From: Escherichia virus TH22
Sequence record: MT446396.1
Direction: 5' to 3' (one strand)
DNA length: 64,000 nucleotides
In this document: positions 18,199 to 28,095 of the stretch, in pieces
Position numbering within the stretch: the first letter of the stretch is position 1
How the letters are laid out: every line of letters begins with the position of its first letter
The notes under the pieces: generated by a model
The model's database searches: none
The model's input: the letters and a program-made list of their open reading frames with translations, nothing else
What the model was told of the DNA's origin: nothing
Made by a program: the position numbers and the translations under genes

Positions 18199-18414
18199 AT
18201 GACCATTTTGATTATCAGTATTATTTTTGGTTATCTTTTGACGGGATTTATTACTACCCTGTTGCTCCACAAGTTTGATAGTCCCTACGAAAGTGGGGAC
18301 GAGTATGATGCGGTGTTCACAACATTTTGCTGGCCTATATTCTGGGTAGTCGCTGTTATAATGTGTGTGGCCTGGCCTTTTGCTAAACTCTATAAAAAAT
18401 TATTTGGATTATGA
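18199..18414 (+). CDS. hypothetical membrane protein
   Basis: TM segments ILIISIIFGYLLTGFITTLLL and WPIFWVVAVIMCVAWPF. Confidence 0.4.
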   Translation: MTILIISIIFGYLLTGFITTLLLHKFDSPYESGDEYDAVFTTFCWPIFWVVAVIMCVAWPFAKLYKKLFGL

Positions 18415-18415
18415 T

Positions 18416-19297
18416 ATGAACATTAAAACACGTAAAGAATATTCTCGATTTGAACAGCGTGAAGGTCGTGCAACCCGTCTTATCGCGATGAATTCTCTGG
18501 TTAACTTTGGTAAAATCAAATCAGGTTCTGCCACCCAGGGGTATGGGCAACGTATTGTAAGAATTAACTCTCTGAATGATTACTGCCGCCGCCCTGCGTT
18601 TTTGTTTGGTGCCACAGTTCGTAAGAGCATTAAGGAAATCCTGGCTGGCGGGCTTCGTATTCGCAAGGCTCCGGTTAACATCAAGAACTATAATTTTAAC
18701 TCTGACAACTTGATTATCAATATCAAGAATGATGGTATACAGATTAAGTTCAAACCAACCACCAAGGGCGACGTTGCTCTTTGTGATACCTTTAAAGAGG
18801 TTATGGGTATCGCGCTGTTTTATATGCGCCATGCTGTTGAAGCATACACGTTTGAAGAAGATACAAATTATATCCACCAAACGGAAAAATTCCTTAAAAC
18901 TATAGTCATTGATATTAAATTAACTAAAGAATATCTTTTGTCTTATGCACCTTATCAAGAGAAAAAGGAACCAGAAATGGCAGAACATATCCCTACTGCG
19001 ACATATAACCCAGCAGTTACAGGTCAGTTTAAATCTTACGACCAGGCTAAAATTTCACCACTGGAAGTTAAAAATATGTATCAATGGAAAATCCAGCCAA
19101 ACAGCTCTCTTGAAATCTTTAACCCACCAATGAAGCCTATTGAGAGCTATCATGCTGATGCTATCCAGGAATCAGTCAACCGCTTAAACGGTCTGATTGA
19201 AGATGAGAAAAAGGGTATTCAGGATGTTCTGAATCGCATCAAGAATATGGAAACACAACGCAATAAATTGCAGGCGGCGATTTTAGCATTAAAATAA
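18416..19297 (+). CDS. hypothetical protein with C-terminal coiled coil
   Basis: ATG overlapping upstream stop; C-terminal heptad-like segment. Confidence 0.5.
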   Translation: MNIKTRKEYSRFEQREGRATRLIAMNSLVNFGKIKSGSATQGYGQRIVRINSLNDYCRRPAFLFGATVRKSIKEILAGGLRIRKAPVNIKNYNFNSDNLIINIKNDGIQIKFKPTTKGDVALCDTFKEVMGIALFYMRHAVEAYTFEEDTNYIHQTEKFLKTIVIDIKLTKEYLLSYAPYQEKKEPEMAEHIPTATYNPAVTGQFKSYDQAKISPLEVKNMYQWKIQPNSSLEIFNPPMKPIESYHADAIQESVNRLNGLIEDEKKGIQDVLNRIKNMETQRNKLQAAILALK

Positions 19298-19355
19298 TGT
19301 TTACTTCCAAGGATGGAGGGAGTATAATGAATTCCTACTTTATGAGGAGAACACT

Positions 19356-20345
19356 ATGACACGTAACGAATATATCCAGGCCTTTAACACCACTATCGAT
19401 GCAAAAGTAAAACCATTAATAGGTGAATCGGCTATCCTTTTAATTATCAATTACTGGTTAAATCAGATTGACTCGACGATTGTTGCATCCGGGCGCTTCA
19501 AGAAAGACATTGCGACTATTGCGAGCCGTGCCGGTAAAGATGATATCAAGAAAACTTTTAAAGGTTCCCGAGTCCTGGCATACCTGGTTAATAAAGACCT
19601 TCTTAATAAGTTTGGCGTTGAATCCAGACATGGTAAAGGTACAATTGGATATCATTGGTTTGGTGATGTTGAAAAATACTACCTTGATAAACAAGGCTAT
19701 ACTGTTTCTGAATTCGCAAATTGCTGGGCTCGTGAATTCAGAGATAACAAAATGTCTATCATCAAATCAGCGACAAAATTGATGGGTAGCGATTATCGCA
19801 CTATCTCCCATTTGGCTGAGCACATGATAAATGTTAAAGAGTCTGGTGAAAACCAGGTAATTATTACAGTTAAGTATGAATTCTTTACGCCGGTAGCTAC
19901 TCCAGAAAATGTCAAAAAGTATCTTGATGCCGCGAGCACGCTTACTTCACAGATGCAGTGCGCCCTTAACTATATGCGCACTGTTGAAAAAATTAAAGTA
20001 GACCCTATCACCAGTACTCATGGTTGGAAAGGTTGGAAAATTGTGGTGACATTACGCGAAGTTAAATGCGCAAAACAACCAACTGATGCAGAAATTTATA
20101 AAAAGAAAAGTGAGGAAATTATGAATGCTCCGCAAGAAACCACCCTTGAAGACCTGATTGATAATCTGAATAATGAGCCAGTGGAACAAAAAGCGCCTGA
20201 AATTGTTGCTCTGGAAATGGCGTATAATAAAGCTCTTGCTGTTAATAAAAAGGCAACTGAAGACTATACCAAAGCCAAGCGACTTTGGGAAGAATCAACT
20301 AATCGTCTGGATAAACTGGAACAGGCTCTGGAGCTACTGAAATGA
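19356..20345 (+). CDS. hypothetical protein with C-terminal coiled coil
   Basis: Extended -10 promoter (GGAGTATAAT) upstream; C-terminal heptad-like segment. Confidence 0.5.
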   Translation: MTRNEYIQAFNTTIDAKVKPLIGESAILLIINYWLNQIDSTIVASGRFKKDIATIASRAGKDDIKKTFKGSRVLAYLVNKDLLNKFGVESRHGKGTIGYHWFGDVEKYYLDKQGYTVSEFANCWAREFRDNKMSIIKSATKLMGSDYRTISHLAEHMINVKESGENQVIITVKYEFFTPVATPENVKKYLDAASTLTSQMQCALNYMRTVEKIKVDPITSTHGWKGWKIVVTLREVKCAKQPTDAEIYKKKSEEIMNAPQETTLEDLIDNLNNEPVEQKAPEIVALEMAYNKALAVNKKATEDYTKAKRLWEESTNRLDKLEQALELLK

Positions 20346-20635
20346 AACAACGTTTAGCTGAAGATATTGCAGAAACTGCATTTCCAGAATGGACCCCCGC
20401 AGCGGGGTTTAATAAAGGTCTTATAAACTGGACTGATGATTATAGTCAGGTTCCCGATTGGGATATGGTAATGGCTATGGTTCGCCGCCGTGAACGTGCT
20501 TCTAAGAGCGTTCCTAACTGTCCAGAATGTGGAACTGAACAGGTCCAGTTAGTCCATTGGCAGACTAGTACTCTTCGTTACAAATGCAGACATTGTAAAC
20601 ACAAATTTGAGCGAGACGAAAATGGCAAAGCGTAA
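20342..20635 (+). CDS. hypothetical zinc-ribbon protein
   Basis: CPECG...CRHC pattern. Confidence 0.45.
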   Translation: MKQRLAEDIAETAFPEWTPAAGFNKGLINWTDDYSQVPDWDMVMAMVRRRERASKSVPNCPECGTEQVQLVHWQTSTLRYKCRHCKHKFERDENGKA

Positions 20636-20864
20636 AGAATATCTTGAGACTGCTGATAAGGCGGTCCGTGAATTAACTCTGGCCTATTATAAAGAACACG
20701 GTAAACTTCCGGATAGTTATTCAGTATTGAAATCTGCTTTAACTCGTTCATATAATAATATGCGTTCAGAAGTTTATGGTATTATGGTCAAACATAAAGA
20801 ACAAACCGGTCAATACCCCGATTATACTGAGACCTTCAAACAAGTATTAGGAATTAAGGAATAA
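20607..20864 (+). CDS. hypothetical protein
   Basis: Start may be ATG 20622 instead. Confidence 0.4.
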   Translation: MSETKMAKRKEYLETADKAVRELTLAYYKEHGKLPDSYSVLKSALTRSYNNMRSEVYGIMVKHKEQTGQYPDYTETFKQVLGIKE

Positions 20865-20865
20865 T

Positions 20866-21129
20866 ATGTTTAAAGTATATGGTTATGATTCATCTATTCA
20901 TCGCTGTGTATTCTGCGATAATGCAAAACGTTTTTTGGATGTTAAAAAACAACCTTACGAGTTCATCAACGTTATGCCAGAAAAAGGTGTGTTTGATGAT
21001 GAGAAGATTGCCCAACTCCTGGCTGCACTTGGTCGCGAATCTCAAATTGGTTTGACCATGCCGCAAGTATTTGCTCCTGACGGAAGTCATATTGGCGGCT
21101 TTGACCAACTGCGAGAATATTTTAAATGA
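20866..21129 (+). CDS. nrdC: thioredoxin/glutaredoxin NrdC
   Basis: 87 aa; MFKVYGYDSSIHRCVFCDNAKR...GLTMPQVFAPDGSHIGGFDQLREYFK closely matches T4 NrdC. Confidence 0.9.
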   Translation: MFKVYGYDSSIHRCVFCDNAKRFLDVKKQPYEFINVMPEKGVFDDEKIAQLLAALGRESQIGLTMPQVFAPDGSHIGGFDQLREYFK

Positions 21130-21293
21130 TTGAATTATCGTTGGGTGTTTTGTATCTTATCATCGGTATTGGTTATGCTAAGACCCTAGCTAAATTAGAT
21201 GATTTCGGTGCAGGTGACTTTTGCTGGTGGCTGACGTCTATGATTTGTTGGCCTTTATTTCTGGTTGGTGCTTCATTCTGGAACTTTAAATGA
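21126..21293 (+). CDS. hypothetical small membrane protein
   Basis: 55-aa ORF with ATGA overlap; hydrophobic. Confidence 0.35.
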   Translation: MIELSLGVLYLIIGIGYAKTLAKLDDFGAGDFCWWLTSMICWPLFLVGASFWNFK

Positions 21294-21466
21294 CCGAATT
21301 TGATATGGCTTATAAAACCTGCGCAAGAGAGTTTGATACTCCTGCGCCTAGTAAAGAAACCGTATTGGCAAATCTCCCGGATTGGTTAAAAGAAGAAGCC
21401 AACGAATGGGGTTGGACTGATACTTGTGTACGCGACCAGTTATTTGAATTTATGGTGGAATTATGA
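21290..21466 (+). CDS. hypothetical protein
   Basis: 58-aa ORF, ATGA overlaps both neighbours. Confidence 0.35.
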   Translation: MTEFDMAYKTCAREFDTPAPSKETVLANLPDWLKEEANEWGWTDTCVRDQLFEFMVEL

Positions 21467-21771
21467 GTGAATTAGACGGACAAACAATTTATCTGGGCGA
21501 TGGCAACGAAGACGACCTGGAATATAAACTATACGAATACATGGTCGCCCTGGCAAAGGAAGAAGGTATTGACTTTGCTGTGGCTAACCCGTATGGTGAG
21601 AACACTGTTGTAATTGGTGGCACTGCTTATGAAGTCCAATGGCAATACGTTGGGCTTGAATCTATAGAATATGAAGAAGATAAGCATGGCGATTGGCATC
21701 CGGTGGGTCCCTGGTACTGGGACGACGGCGAGCCTGATTTTGAAGTATCAAGCTATTGGAGTGACCAATGA
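21463..21771 (+). CDS. hypothetical acidic protein
   Basis: ATGA overlap chain. Confidence 0.4.
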   Translation: MSELDGQTIYLGDGNEDDLEYKLYEYMVALAKEEGIDFAVANPYGENTVVIGGTAYEVQWQYVGLESIEYEEDKHGDWHPVGPWYWDDGEPDFEVSSYWSDQ

Positions 21772-22088
21772 CTATTGAAAATGAATTAGATGTTGATGCT
21801 GTTTTAAGCGAAATCATTGAAGACCATGATGCGTTTACTGAATCATACGAGTTTGAATTTTCGGACTACCTGGTTCCGGTTGAATTAGGCGAATGGACAC
21901 AAACCGGCAAATACCAATATCGCCAGGCAATTTATTTCAGCAAAAAACATAATGTGCATGTGGCTGTAAACGAAACTCGTACCGGTTCTTATCATACCGA
22001 CTGGGACCATATGGTCCCGACTGTTGAACTGGTTAAGCTCCAAGAACGTGTCGTAACCCAAACTATCAGAGAATGGATTACGCTATAA
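21768..22088 (+). CDS. hypothetical protein
   Basis: ATGA overlap chain. Confidence 0.4.
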   Translation: MTIENELDVDAVLSEIIEDHDAFTESYEFEFSDYLVPVELGEWTQTGKYQYRQAIYFSKKHNVHVAVNETRTGSYHTDWDHMVPTVELVKLQERVVTQTIREWITL

Positions 22089-22205
22089 AACCATGGTATA
22101 CCGCTCGATGGGAAACCGTCGAGCCAGAGGAACCTGTTTACAACGATTCCGAAATAGATTATAATGAACCTTCAAACAATGATTTAATCGATATGGAGTT
22201 TGGAT

Positions 22206-22379
22206 ATGAGTACCAAAATTGAAATTGGCCGTCATAAAGGCCGCCTGATTGAAAAATCACTTTATGAACTGTCGGATTCCCGTAAGTTACCTGATGAAGA
22301 ATCTGCTTTAATTTTTGCCGCGGCGGATTATATCCATTGGCTTGAAGCTCAACTTCGCTTTGCTGATGAGGCCTTCTGA
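22206..22379 (+). CDS. hypothetical protein
   Basis: 57-aa ORF, stop overlaps next start. Confidence 0.3.
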   Translation: MSTKIEIGRHKGRLIEKSLYELSDSRKLPDEESALIFAAADYIHWLEAQLRFADEAF

Positions 22380-22681
22380 TGAATTTATTTGAATTTGAAG
22401 GTAAAACTGTTCGTATTACTGAAGAAGATGTTGACCATTATGTTGACTGGCCTGAATTAAACGGCAATCGCGGTTTTGAGTCAGGCGAGCTCTGTGAAGG
22501 TGCTGAAGTTAAAATCTTGAAGGTGGAGATTTCTCCATGGGGCAATCCTGAAATCATTGGCGTAACTGCTATCGAATTCAATGGTAAGGTATACGAATAC
22601 ACTAAAGAAATGTTTGAAGATACTAAAGCTTCATTCTGGTGTTTTTGGACTAACGATGATAATGAATTTGAGGTCGCATGA
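22379..22681 (+). CDS. hypothetical protein
   Basis: ATGA overlap chain. Confidence 0.4.
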   Translation: MNLFEFEGKTVRITEEDVDHYVDWPELNGNRGFESGELCEGAEVKILKVEISPWGNPEIIGVTAIEFNGKVYEYTKEMFEDTKASFWCFWTNDDNEFEVA

Positions 22682-22854
22682 AAACTGCATTAGTCTATAC
22701 CGAAAAGTTAAATGGTGTCAAGGTCTGGAAACTTCTTATTAAAGGAAGTCCTACCGACCAGTTTATGGCCACCTGTGTAGGATTGTATACTCGTCCTACT
22801 AAAAAGATGATTCGTCAATTTAAACGGTTACACCGCGCGTTTTATAAGATTTAA
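22678..22854 (+). CDS. hypothetical small basic protein (RPTK-x-IRQ tail family)
   Basis: 58 aa; C-terminus RPTKKMIRQFKRLHR shared with ORFs at 44599 and 45991. Confidence 0.35.
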   Translation: MKTALVYTEKLNGVKVWKLLIKGSPTDQFMATCVGLYTRPTKKMIRQFKRLHRAFYKI

Positions 22855-22889
22855 TAAATACCCTTATCTAATAATGGTAAGGGTTTATT

Positions 22890-23363
22890 ATGTTGTTGAC
22901 TGGCAAATTATACAAAGAAGAAAAACAAAAACTTTATGATGCACAAGCTGGTAAGTGTCCAATTTGCCACCGTGATTTGGACTCCGATGTTCAGGCCAAC
23001 CATCTTGACCATGACCACGAATTGAACGGGCCAAAAGCTGGTAAGGTTCGCGGGTTACTATGCAATCTGTGCAATGGGACAGAAGGACAAATGAAGCATA
23101 AGTTCAGCCGTTCGGGTCTGAAAAGTCGCGATGTTGACTACCTGGAATGGTTAGAGAGTTTGCTTGTCTATCTGAAATCTGATTATACCGAAAACAATAT
23201 TCACCCCAATTTTGTAACAGACAAAGCCAAAGAGTTCGGTCGTCTGGGGAAAGAAGAAATGATTCGGGAAATGCTTTTGAATGGTATGACTTATAATGAA
23301 TCTGACACCAAAACACAATTAATGGCTTCATTTAAGAAGCAGCTTAGAAAGAGTTTAAAATGA
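22890..23363 (+). CDS. 49: endonuclease VII (Holliday junction resolvase)
   Basis: 157 aa; MLLTGKLYKEEKQKLYDAQAGKCPICHRDLDSDVQANHLDHDHELNGPKAGKVRGLLCNLCN near-identical to T4 gp49. Confidence 0.95.
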   Translation: MLLTGKLYKEEKQKLYDAQAGKCPICHRDLDSDVQANHLDHDHELNGPKAGKVRGLLCNLCNGTEGQMKHKFSRSGLKSRDVDYLEWLESLLVYLKSDYTENNIHPNFVTDKAKEFGRLGKEEMIREMLLNGMTYNESDTKTQLMASFKKQLRKSLK

Positions 23364-25177
23364 CAATTGAAAACGAAATTGAAGGATTGATTCATAAAAC
23401 TAATAAAGACCTTTTAAACGAGAATGCTAATAAAGATTCTCGTGTTTTTCCAACTCAACGGGACCTTATGGCTGGTATTGTATCTAAACACATTGCCAAA
23501 AATATGGTCGCGTCTTTTATTATGAAAGCACATGAAAGTGGAATTATTCATTTCCATGATATTGATTATTCCCCTGCTCTTCCATTTACTAATTGCTGTT
23601 TAGTAGATTTAAAAGGAATGCTTGAGAACGGATTTAAGCTTGGTAATGCACAGATTGAAACTCCTAAATCAATCGGTGTTGCTACTGCAATTATGGCACA
23701 AATTACTGCACAGGTTGCTTCTCACCAATATGGCGGAACGACTTTTGCTAATGTAGACAAAGTATTTTCTCCTTATGTTAAACGTACATACGCAAAACAT
23801 ATTGAAGATGCAGAAAAATGGCAAATCACTGATGCATTGAATTATGCCCAATCTAAAACAGAAAAAGACGTATACGATGCATTCCAAGCTTATGAATATG
23901 AAGTAAATACGCTCTTTAGTTCAAATGGGCAAACGCCTTTTGTGACAATTACGTTTGGCACGGGAACTGACTGGACTGAACGAATGATTCAGAAAGCAAT
24001 TCTGAAAAATCGTATCAAAGGTCTTGGTCGCGATGGGATAACTCCTATTTTCCCTAAACTTGTTATGTTCGTTGAAGAAGGTGTTAATCTTTATAAAGAC
24101 GACCCGAACTATGATATTAAGCAGCTTGCTCTAGAGTGTGCAAGCAAAAGAATGTATCCTGATATTATTTCAGCTAAGAACAATAAAGCTATCACTGGTT
24201 CATCTATTCCTGTTTCTCCAATGGGTTGCCGTAGTTTCTTGGGCGTATGGAAAGATTCGACTGGTAATGAAATTCTTGATGGACGTAATAATCTTGGTGT
24301 TGTAACACTGAATCTTCCTCGCATTGCGTTAGATTCTTATATTGGAACACAGTTCAATGAACAGAAATTTATCGAATTGTTCAATGAGCGAATGGATTTG
24401 TGTTTTGAAGCTTTGATGTGTAGAATTAGTTCTTTAAAAGGAGTTAAAGCGACTGTTGCTCCTATTCTTTACCAAGAAGGTGCATTCGGGGTTCGTCTTA
24501 AACCTGATGATGATATAATTGAGTTATTTAAAAACGGTAGAAGTTCAGTGTCTTTGGGATACATTGGTATTCACGAATTGAATATTCTTGCCGGTCGTGA
24601 TATTGGGCAAGAAATTTTAACTAAAATGAATGCTCGTCTTAAGCAGTGGACTGAAAGAACCGGTTTTGCTTTTAGTTTGTATTCTACACCTGCTGAAAAC
24701 CTTTGTTATCGCTTCTGTAAACTTGATACTGAAAAATATGGAAGTGTAAAAGATGTTACCGATAAAGGATGGTACACTAACAGTTTCCACGTTTCAGTAG
24801 AAGAAAATATTACTCCGTTTGAAAAGATTTCTCGCGAAGCCCCATATCATTTCATTGCGACAGGTGGTCACATTTCTTATGTTGAACTTCCTGATATGAA
24901 AAATAACTTAAAAGGTCTTGAGGCTGTATGGGATTATGCCGCGCAACATTTAGATTATTTTGGTGTTAATATGCCAGTAGATAAATGTTTTACGTGTGGA
25001 AGTACCCATGAAATGACTCCTACTGAAAACGGATTTGTTTGTTCTATTTGTGGAGAAACTGACCCTAAAAAGATGAACACAATAAGAAGAACTTGCGGTT
25101 ATTTGGGAAATCCGAACGAACGTGGATTTAATCTCGGCAAAAATAAAGAAATCATGCATAGGGTTAAACACCAATGA
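23360..25177 (+). CDS. nrdD: anaerobic ribonucleoside-triphosphate reductase
   Basis: 605 aa; C-terminal glycyl-radical region RTCGYLGNP; uninterrupted (no intron). Confidence 0.95.
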   Translation: MTIENEIEGLIHKTNKDLLNENANKDSRVFPTQRDLMAGIVSKHIAKNMVASFIMKAHESGIIHFHDIDYSPALPFTNCCLVDLKGMLENGFKLGNAQIETPKSIGVATAIMAQITAQVASHQYGGTTFANVDKVFSPYVKRTYAKHIEDAEKWQITDALNYAQSKTEKDVYDAFQAYEYEVNTLFSSNGQTPFVTITFGTGTDWTERMIQKAILKNRIKGLGRDGITPIFPKLVMFVEEGVNLYKDDPNYDIKQLALECASKRMYPDIISAKNNKAITGSSIPVSPMGCRSFLGVWKDSTGNEILDGRNNLGVVTLNLPRIALDSYIGTQFNEQKFIELFNERMDLCFEALMCRISSLKGVKATVAPILYQEGAFGVRLKPDDDIIELFKNGRSSVSLGYIGIHELNILAGRDIGQEILTKMNARLKQWTERTGFAFSLYSTPAENLCYRFCKLDTEKYGSVKDVTDKGWYTNSFHVSVEENITPFEKISREAPYHFIATGGHISYVELPDMKNNLKGLEAVWDYAAQHLDYFGVNMPVDKCFTCGSTHEMTPTENGFVCSICGETDPKKMNTIRRTCGYLGNPNERGFNLGKNKEIMHRVKHQ

Positions 25178-25644
25178 ATTATGATAGATTTTATCCTTGT
25201 GATTTTGTGAATGGCCCTGGATGCAGGGTCGTTCTTTTCGTTACAGGTTGTTTGCATAAATGTGAAGGGTGTTATAATAAATCAACATGGAATGCTAGAA
25301 ATGGGGTTCCATTCACTGGTGAAACACTAGAACAATTAATTGAATGTTTGAATAATGATTATATAGAAGGATTAACTATAACTGGAGGAGACCCTCTCTA
25401 TCCTGATAACCGAGATGTTATTCACTCTGTGGTTCAAACTGTTAAAAATCTTTATCCAAATAAAAGCATTTGGATGTGGACAGGATATAAGTTTGAAGAT
25501 ATTAAACAACTAGAAATGCTTAAATATGTTGATGTTATTATTGATGGGAAGTATGAGAAAAATCTTCCGACCAAAAAACTGTGGCGAGGGTCAGATAATC
25601 AGCGACTTTGGTCAAATACCGATGGGGTGTGGAAACATGATTAA
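25174..25644 (+). CDS. nrdG: anaerobic RNR activating protein (radical SAM)
   Basis: 156 aa; CxxxCxxC radical-SAM-type cluster (CLHKCEGC); ATGA overlap with nrdD. Confidence 0.95.
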   Translation: MNYDRFYPCDFVNGPGCRVVLFVTGCLHKCEGCYNKSTWNARNGVPFTGETLEQLIECLNNDYIEGLTITGGDPLYPDNRDVIHSVVQTVKNLYPNKSIWMWTGYKFEDIKQLEMLKYVDVIIDGKYEKNLPTKKLWRGSDNQRLWSNTDGVWKHD

Positions 25645-25758
25645 ATTTAATTATATTATGGATACTATAAATGATATGATTTTTCATTTTGGTCCAGAAT
25701 TTTATTCGCAGTATAGTTTAGTGCTTATCAATGCTTGGTTAATCAATTAAGGGTAAAT

Positions 25759-25974
25759 ATGAATAAATTTCGTAATGCTGTTTCTGATATCCTGGCCAAT
25801 ATTACATTTGTCCTGTTTATTGTGTGCCTTTTAATCCTGGTTATCCCATTTGGATTGCTGTTTGTGATGATTGGTGCCCTGAGTACTGAAAAGGGCCTTG
25901 AAGGGTCTGAGTTCGACAAACGAATCCAGGCTGTCCATAGTGTTATTGCTAAAATGATGAAGGTGAAAGAATGA
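25759..25974 (+). CDS. hypothetical membrane protein
   Basis: TM segment ITFVLFIVCLLILVIPFGLLFVMIGAL. Confidence 0.4.
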   Translation: MNKFRNAVSDILANITFVLFIVCLLILVIPFGLLFVMIGALSTEKGLEGSEFDKRIQAVHSVIAKMMKVKE

Positions 25975-26270
25975 AACGTTTCGAAGAATATGTAGCTACT
26001 AATTGGACCGCATGGGACAAGTTCGGTGATGAATGGTACTTCCATGACTGTGACTTGGACCCGAAATTCTTTGCTGATAAAGAAGAAGACCTTAAAGATA
26101 TCTATGCTCTATCTGAGATTCATGGAATCAAACCGACGGTTTATTTCTCTTTCGATGACACAGGTTTCCTTATTCAGGTTTATGTCCCGTATGCAACCGC
26201 CAGCGATGAAGAAGTTATTAAAACCTGGAACTACCAAGGAGTGATTTCCTGTGGGCCAAAACTCGACTAA
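25971..26270 (+). CDS. hypothetical acidic protein
   Basis: ATGA overlap with upstream gene. Confidence 0.4.
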   Translation: MKRFEEYVATNWTAWDKFGDEWYFHDCDLDPKFFADKEEDLKDIYALSEIHGIKPTVYFSFDDTGFLIQVYVPYATASDEEVIKTWNYQGVISCGPKLD

Positions 26271-26568
26271 GATTGAAATCTATGGTATCCCCGAAGAAGT
26301 CGGTCGATGCCCTGGTTGTATGCACGTCAGGAGCCTTCTGGGCTCCTTAAACCTTCCTTATACATTCTATTCAGTCCTTAACAAACAAGGCTCTGAAATC
26401 GCTTATGACAGGCCTTTAATCGTGTCTTTGGCTAAGCGTGGTGGATATCCTACTCTTAACATTCGTTACCCGGTGATTTTTGTCAATGATGAAAAAATGA
26501 CCAATATTCCTGCCTTTAAAACAAAACTGATATCCCTGGGGTACGACCAGGACTTAATTGAAGATTAA
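26251..26568 (+). CDS. nrdH: glutaredoxin-like protein NrdH
   Basis: CPGC redox motif; GTG start with AAGGAG 9 nt upstream; position next to nrdG. Confidence 0.6.
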   Translation: MGQNSTKIEIYGIPEEVGRCPGCMHVRSLLGSLNLPYTFYSVLNKQGSEIAYDRPLIVSLAKRGGYPTLNIRYPVIFVNDEKMTNIPAFKTKLISLGYDQDLIED

Positions 26569-26635
26569 AAAGGGGTGTACAAGCCCCTTTGAACGGTGTA
26601 TCATTATCCCATCAACTACTGATGAGGAAAACAAA
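26567..26635 (+). promoter_or_regulatory. stem-loop carrying early promoter -35, plus conserved leader
   Basis: AAAGGGG-TGTACAAG-CCCCTTT hairpin with -35 in loop; leader ATCAACTACTGATGAGG. Confidence 0.5.
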
Positions 26636-26812
26636 ATGGTTATTGAAGATAAAGAAATTAAAGTCAACCAGTATTATTCAATCAACGGCAAAGCTGTTTT
26701 AGTAACTGAAATATCTAGCCTGGATGTGTGGTATACCATAATTGACCTTGGTATTAAAATGATTTGTGACCGTGGAGTGTTTTGTTCGATAGCTAAGGAA
26801 ATTAAATTATGA
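26636..26812 (+). CDS. hypothetical protein
   Basis: Early promoter and conserved leader upstream. Confidence 0.35.
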   Translation: MVIEDKEIKVNQYYSINGKAVLVTEISSLDVWYTIIDLGIKMICDRGVFCSIAKEIKL

Positions 26813-27063
26813 GCCTGAAATTACACTCAATGAAAAATATCATTACCCTTAATCTGGATGATGAGCGCCTAATTTTTCTCACCGTCACTGATAAGAATAT
26901 TGAAATTGCAAATGGTCCTAAGACTTATTGTTGCCCAGTGAAGAATTGGAAGCATGTAACCTTTTTGACCCTGTGCGACCGTCTGAAAGACCTTAAGTTG
27001 GATTTGGATGTCAAAGATATTCAGTACATTAAAAATCTTATTGGATACAAACTGTTGAGGTAA
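26809..27063 (+). CDS. hypothetical protein
   Basis: ATGA overlap with upstream gene. Confidence 0.4.
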   Translation: MSLKLHSMKNIITLNLDDERLIFLTVTDKNIEIANGPKTYCCPVKNWKHVTFLTLCDRLKDLKLDLDVKDIQYIKNLIGYKLLR

Positions 27064-27065
27064 CT

Positions 27066-27359
27066 ATGGGTAAAACTATTCGTCGTAAAGATTTGTCTTC
27101 TAAAGATTTTAATTGCATAGCTAGACGTAAAGCGCCTGATGGTGTATCAGAAGAAACTTTAAACGAAAATATCTTCCGTTCAGACAAATGGAAGCGTATG
27201 CGTGGCGTTGATTCAGAAGTCAAGAATGAGATGAATCGTCAACTGCGTAAAGAAGTTCGTCAGTTGAAAAAAGATGTATACGTTGAGGATGATTTGGATT
27301 ATAATACTTCTCATCTTGTTGCAAAACGTAAATCAAACGAGTGCTATCGTTACAGCTGA
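27066..27359 (+). CDS. hypothetical basic protein
   Basis: ORF rich in K/R. Confidence 0.4.
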   Translation: MGKTIRRKDLSSKDFNCIARRKAPDGVSEETLNENIFRSDKWKRMRGVDSEVKNEMNRQLRKEVRQLKKDVYVEDDLDYNTSHLVAKRKSNECYRYS

Positions 27360-27366
27360 GGAAAAC

Positions 27367-27498
27367 ATGAATATCAAACGAATGCTTTTTAAACAAGGAT
27401 TATACGCTTTAAATTCTGCTCCAAAAGGCGATACAACTAAGTGGTCAGTAAATGACTGGATTAAATTTATTGATGAAAACGGTAACTGGAAAATTTAA
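27367..27498 (+). CDS. hypothetical small protein
   Basis: 43-aa ORF, ATG 27367 with SD GAGGAAAA. Confidence 0.3.
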   Translation: MNIKRMLFKQGLYALNSAPKGDTTKWSVNDWIKFIDENGNWKI

Positions 27499-27696
27499 AT
27501 GAATCCTGAATCTAAATTATCACAGCGAATTGTTGAATCTCGTCGTCAGTTCTTTGAAAATATGATAGCTCAAGGTATTGATGATGAAGTTTTTCTGAAC
27601 TGGTTTTGGAATCTCTATTATTCAAAATGTGCAGGAACAATATTATTATCGGCCGCATTGATGTACGAAGGCTGGAAAGGCGCTAAAGCGCAGTAA
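27499..27696 (+). CDS. hypothetical protein
   Basis: Start overlaps upstream stop. Confidence 0.4.
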   Translation: MNPESKLSQRIVESRRQFFENMIAQGIDDEVFLNWFWNLYYSKCAGTILLSAALMYEGWKGAKAQ

Positions 27697-27768
27697 AAAC
27701 CAACGGGGTCATGGTATAATGACCCTAGGATAATAAAATTTTAATTTAATGAGACTGAGGAATATATC

Positions 27769-28095
27769 ATGACTGCATCTATCACTAACATCATCGCTAA
27801 TTTCGCATTTGCTAAAGTTAACACTCTGATGAAATCTGGTTTTGTTACTCCTGAGATTCTGGACCAGTGGGAAGGCGATGTACAGAAACTGATTATTGCA
27901 GAAGGTCAGACAATGGGCAAAGCGCGTATTCGTGAAAGCCTTGTCCAGTATATCCTGAATGAATTTGATGTAGTAGCGTTTGGTTTACCGCTTCTGCGTG
28001 AAAACAAAGAAGTTTCTGATAAAGCTATCAAGCGTATGAAGGCCCAGCGCAAGAAGGGGTTTGTTGACCTGAAAATTGTTAAGGGTGCGAAATGA
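27769..28095 (+). CDS. hypothetical protein
   Basis: Early promoter in inverted repeat GGGGTCATGGTATAATGACCC upstream. Confidence 0.45.
   Translation: MTASITNIIANFAFAKVNTLMKSGFVTPEILDQWEGDVQKLIIAEGQTMGKARIRESLVQYILNEFDVVAFGLPLLRENKEVSDKAIKRMKAQRKKGFVDLKIVKGAK

Noticed and set aside
22849-22889. Late promoter upstream of gene 49 (TTAATAAATAC) and upstream of e (GATAATAAATAC at 5287)
   Set aside because: Both match only AATAAATA, not the TATAAATA octamer, so they were not annotated as late promoters, although T4 does have late promoters at these genes.
23360-25177. Possible group I intron or homing endonuclease in nrdD
   Set aside because: nrdD is one uninterrupted 605-aa ORF; no GIY-YIG or H-N-H homing endonuclease ORF is embedded or adjacent.
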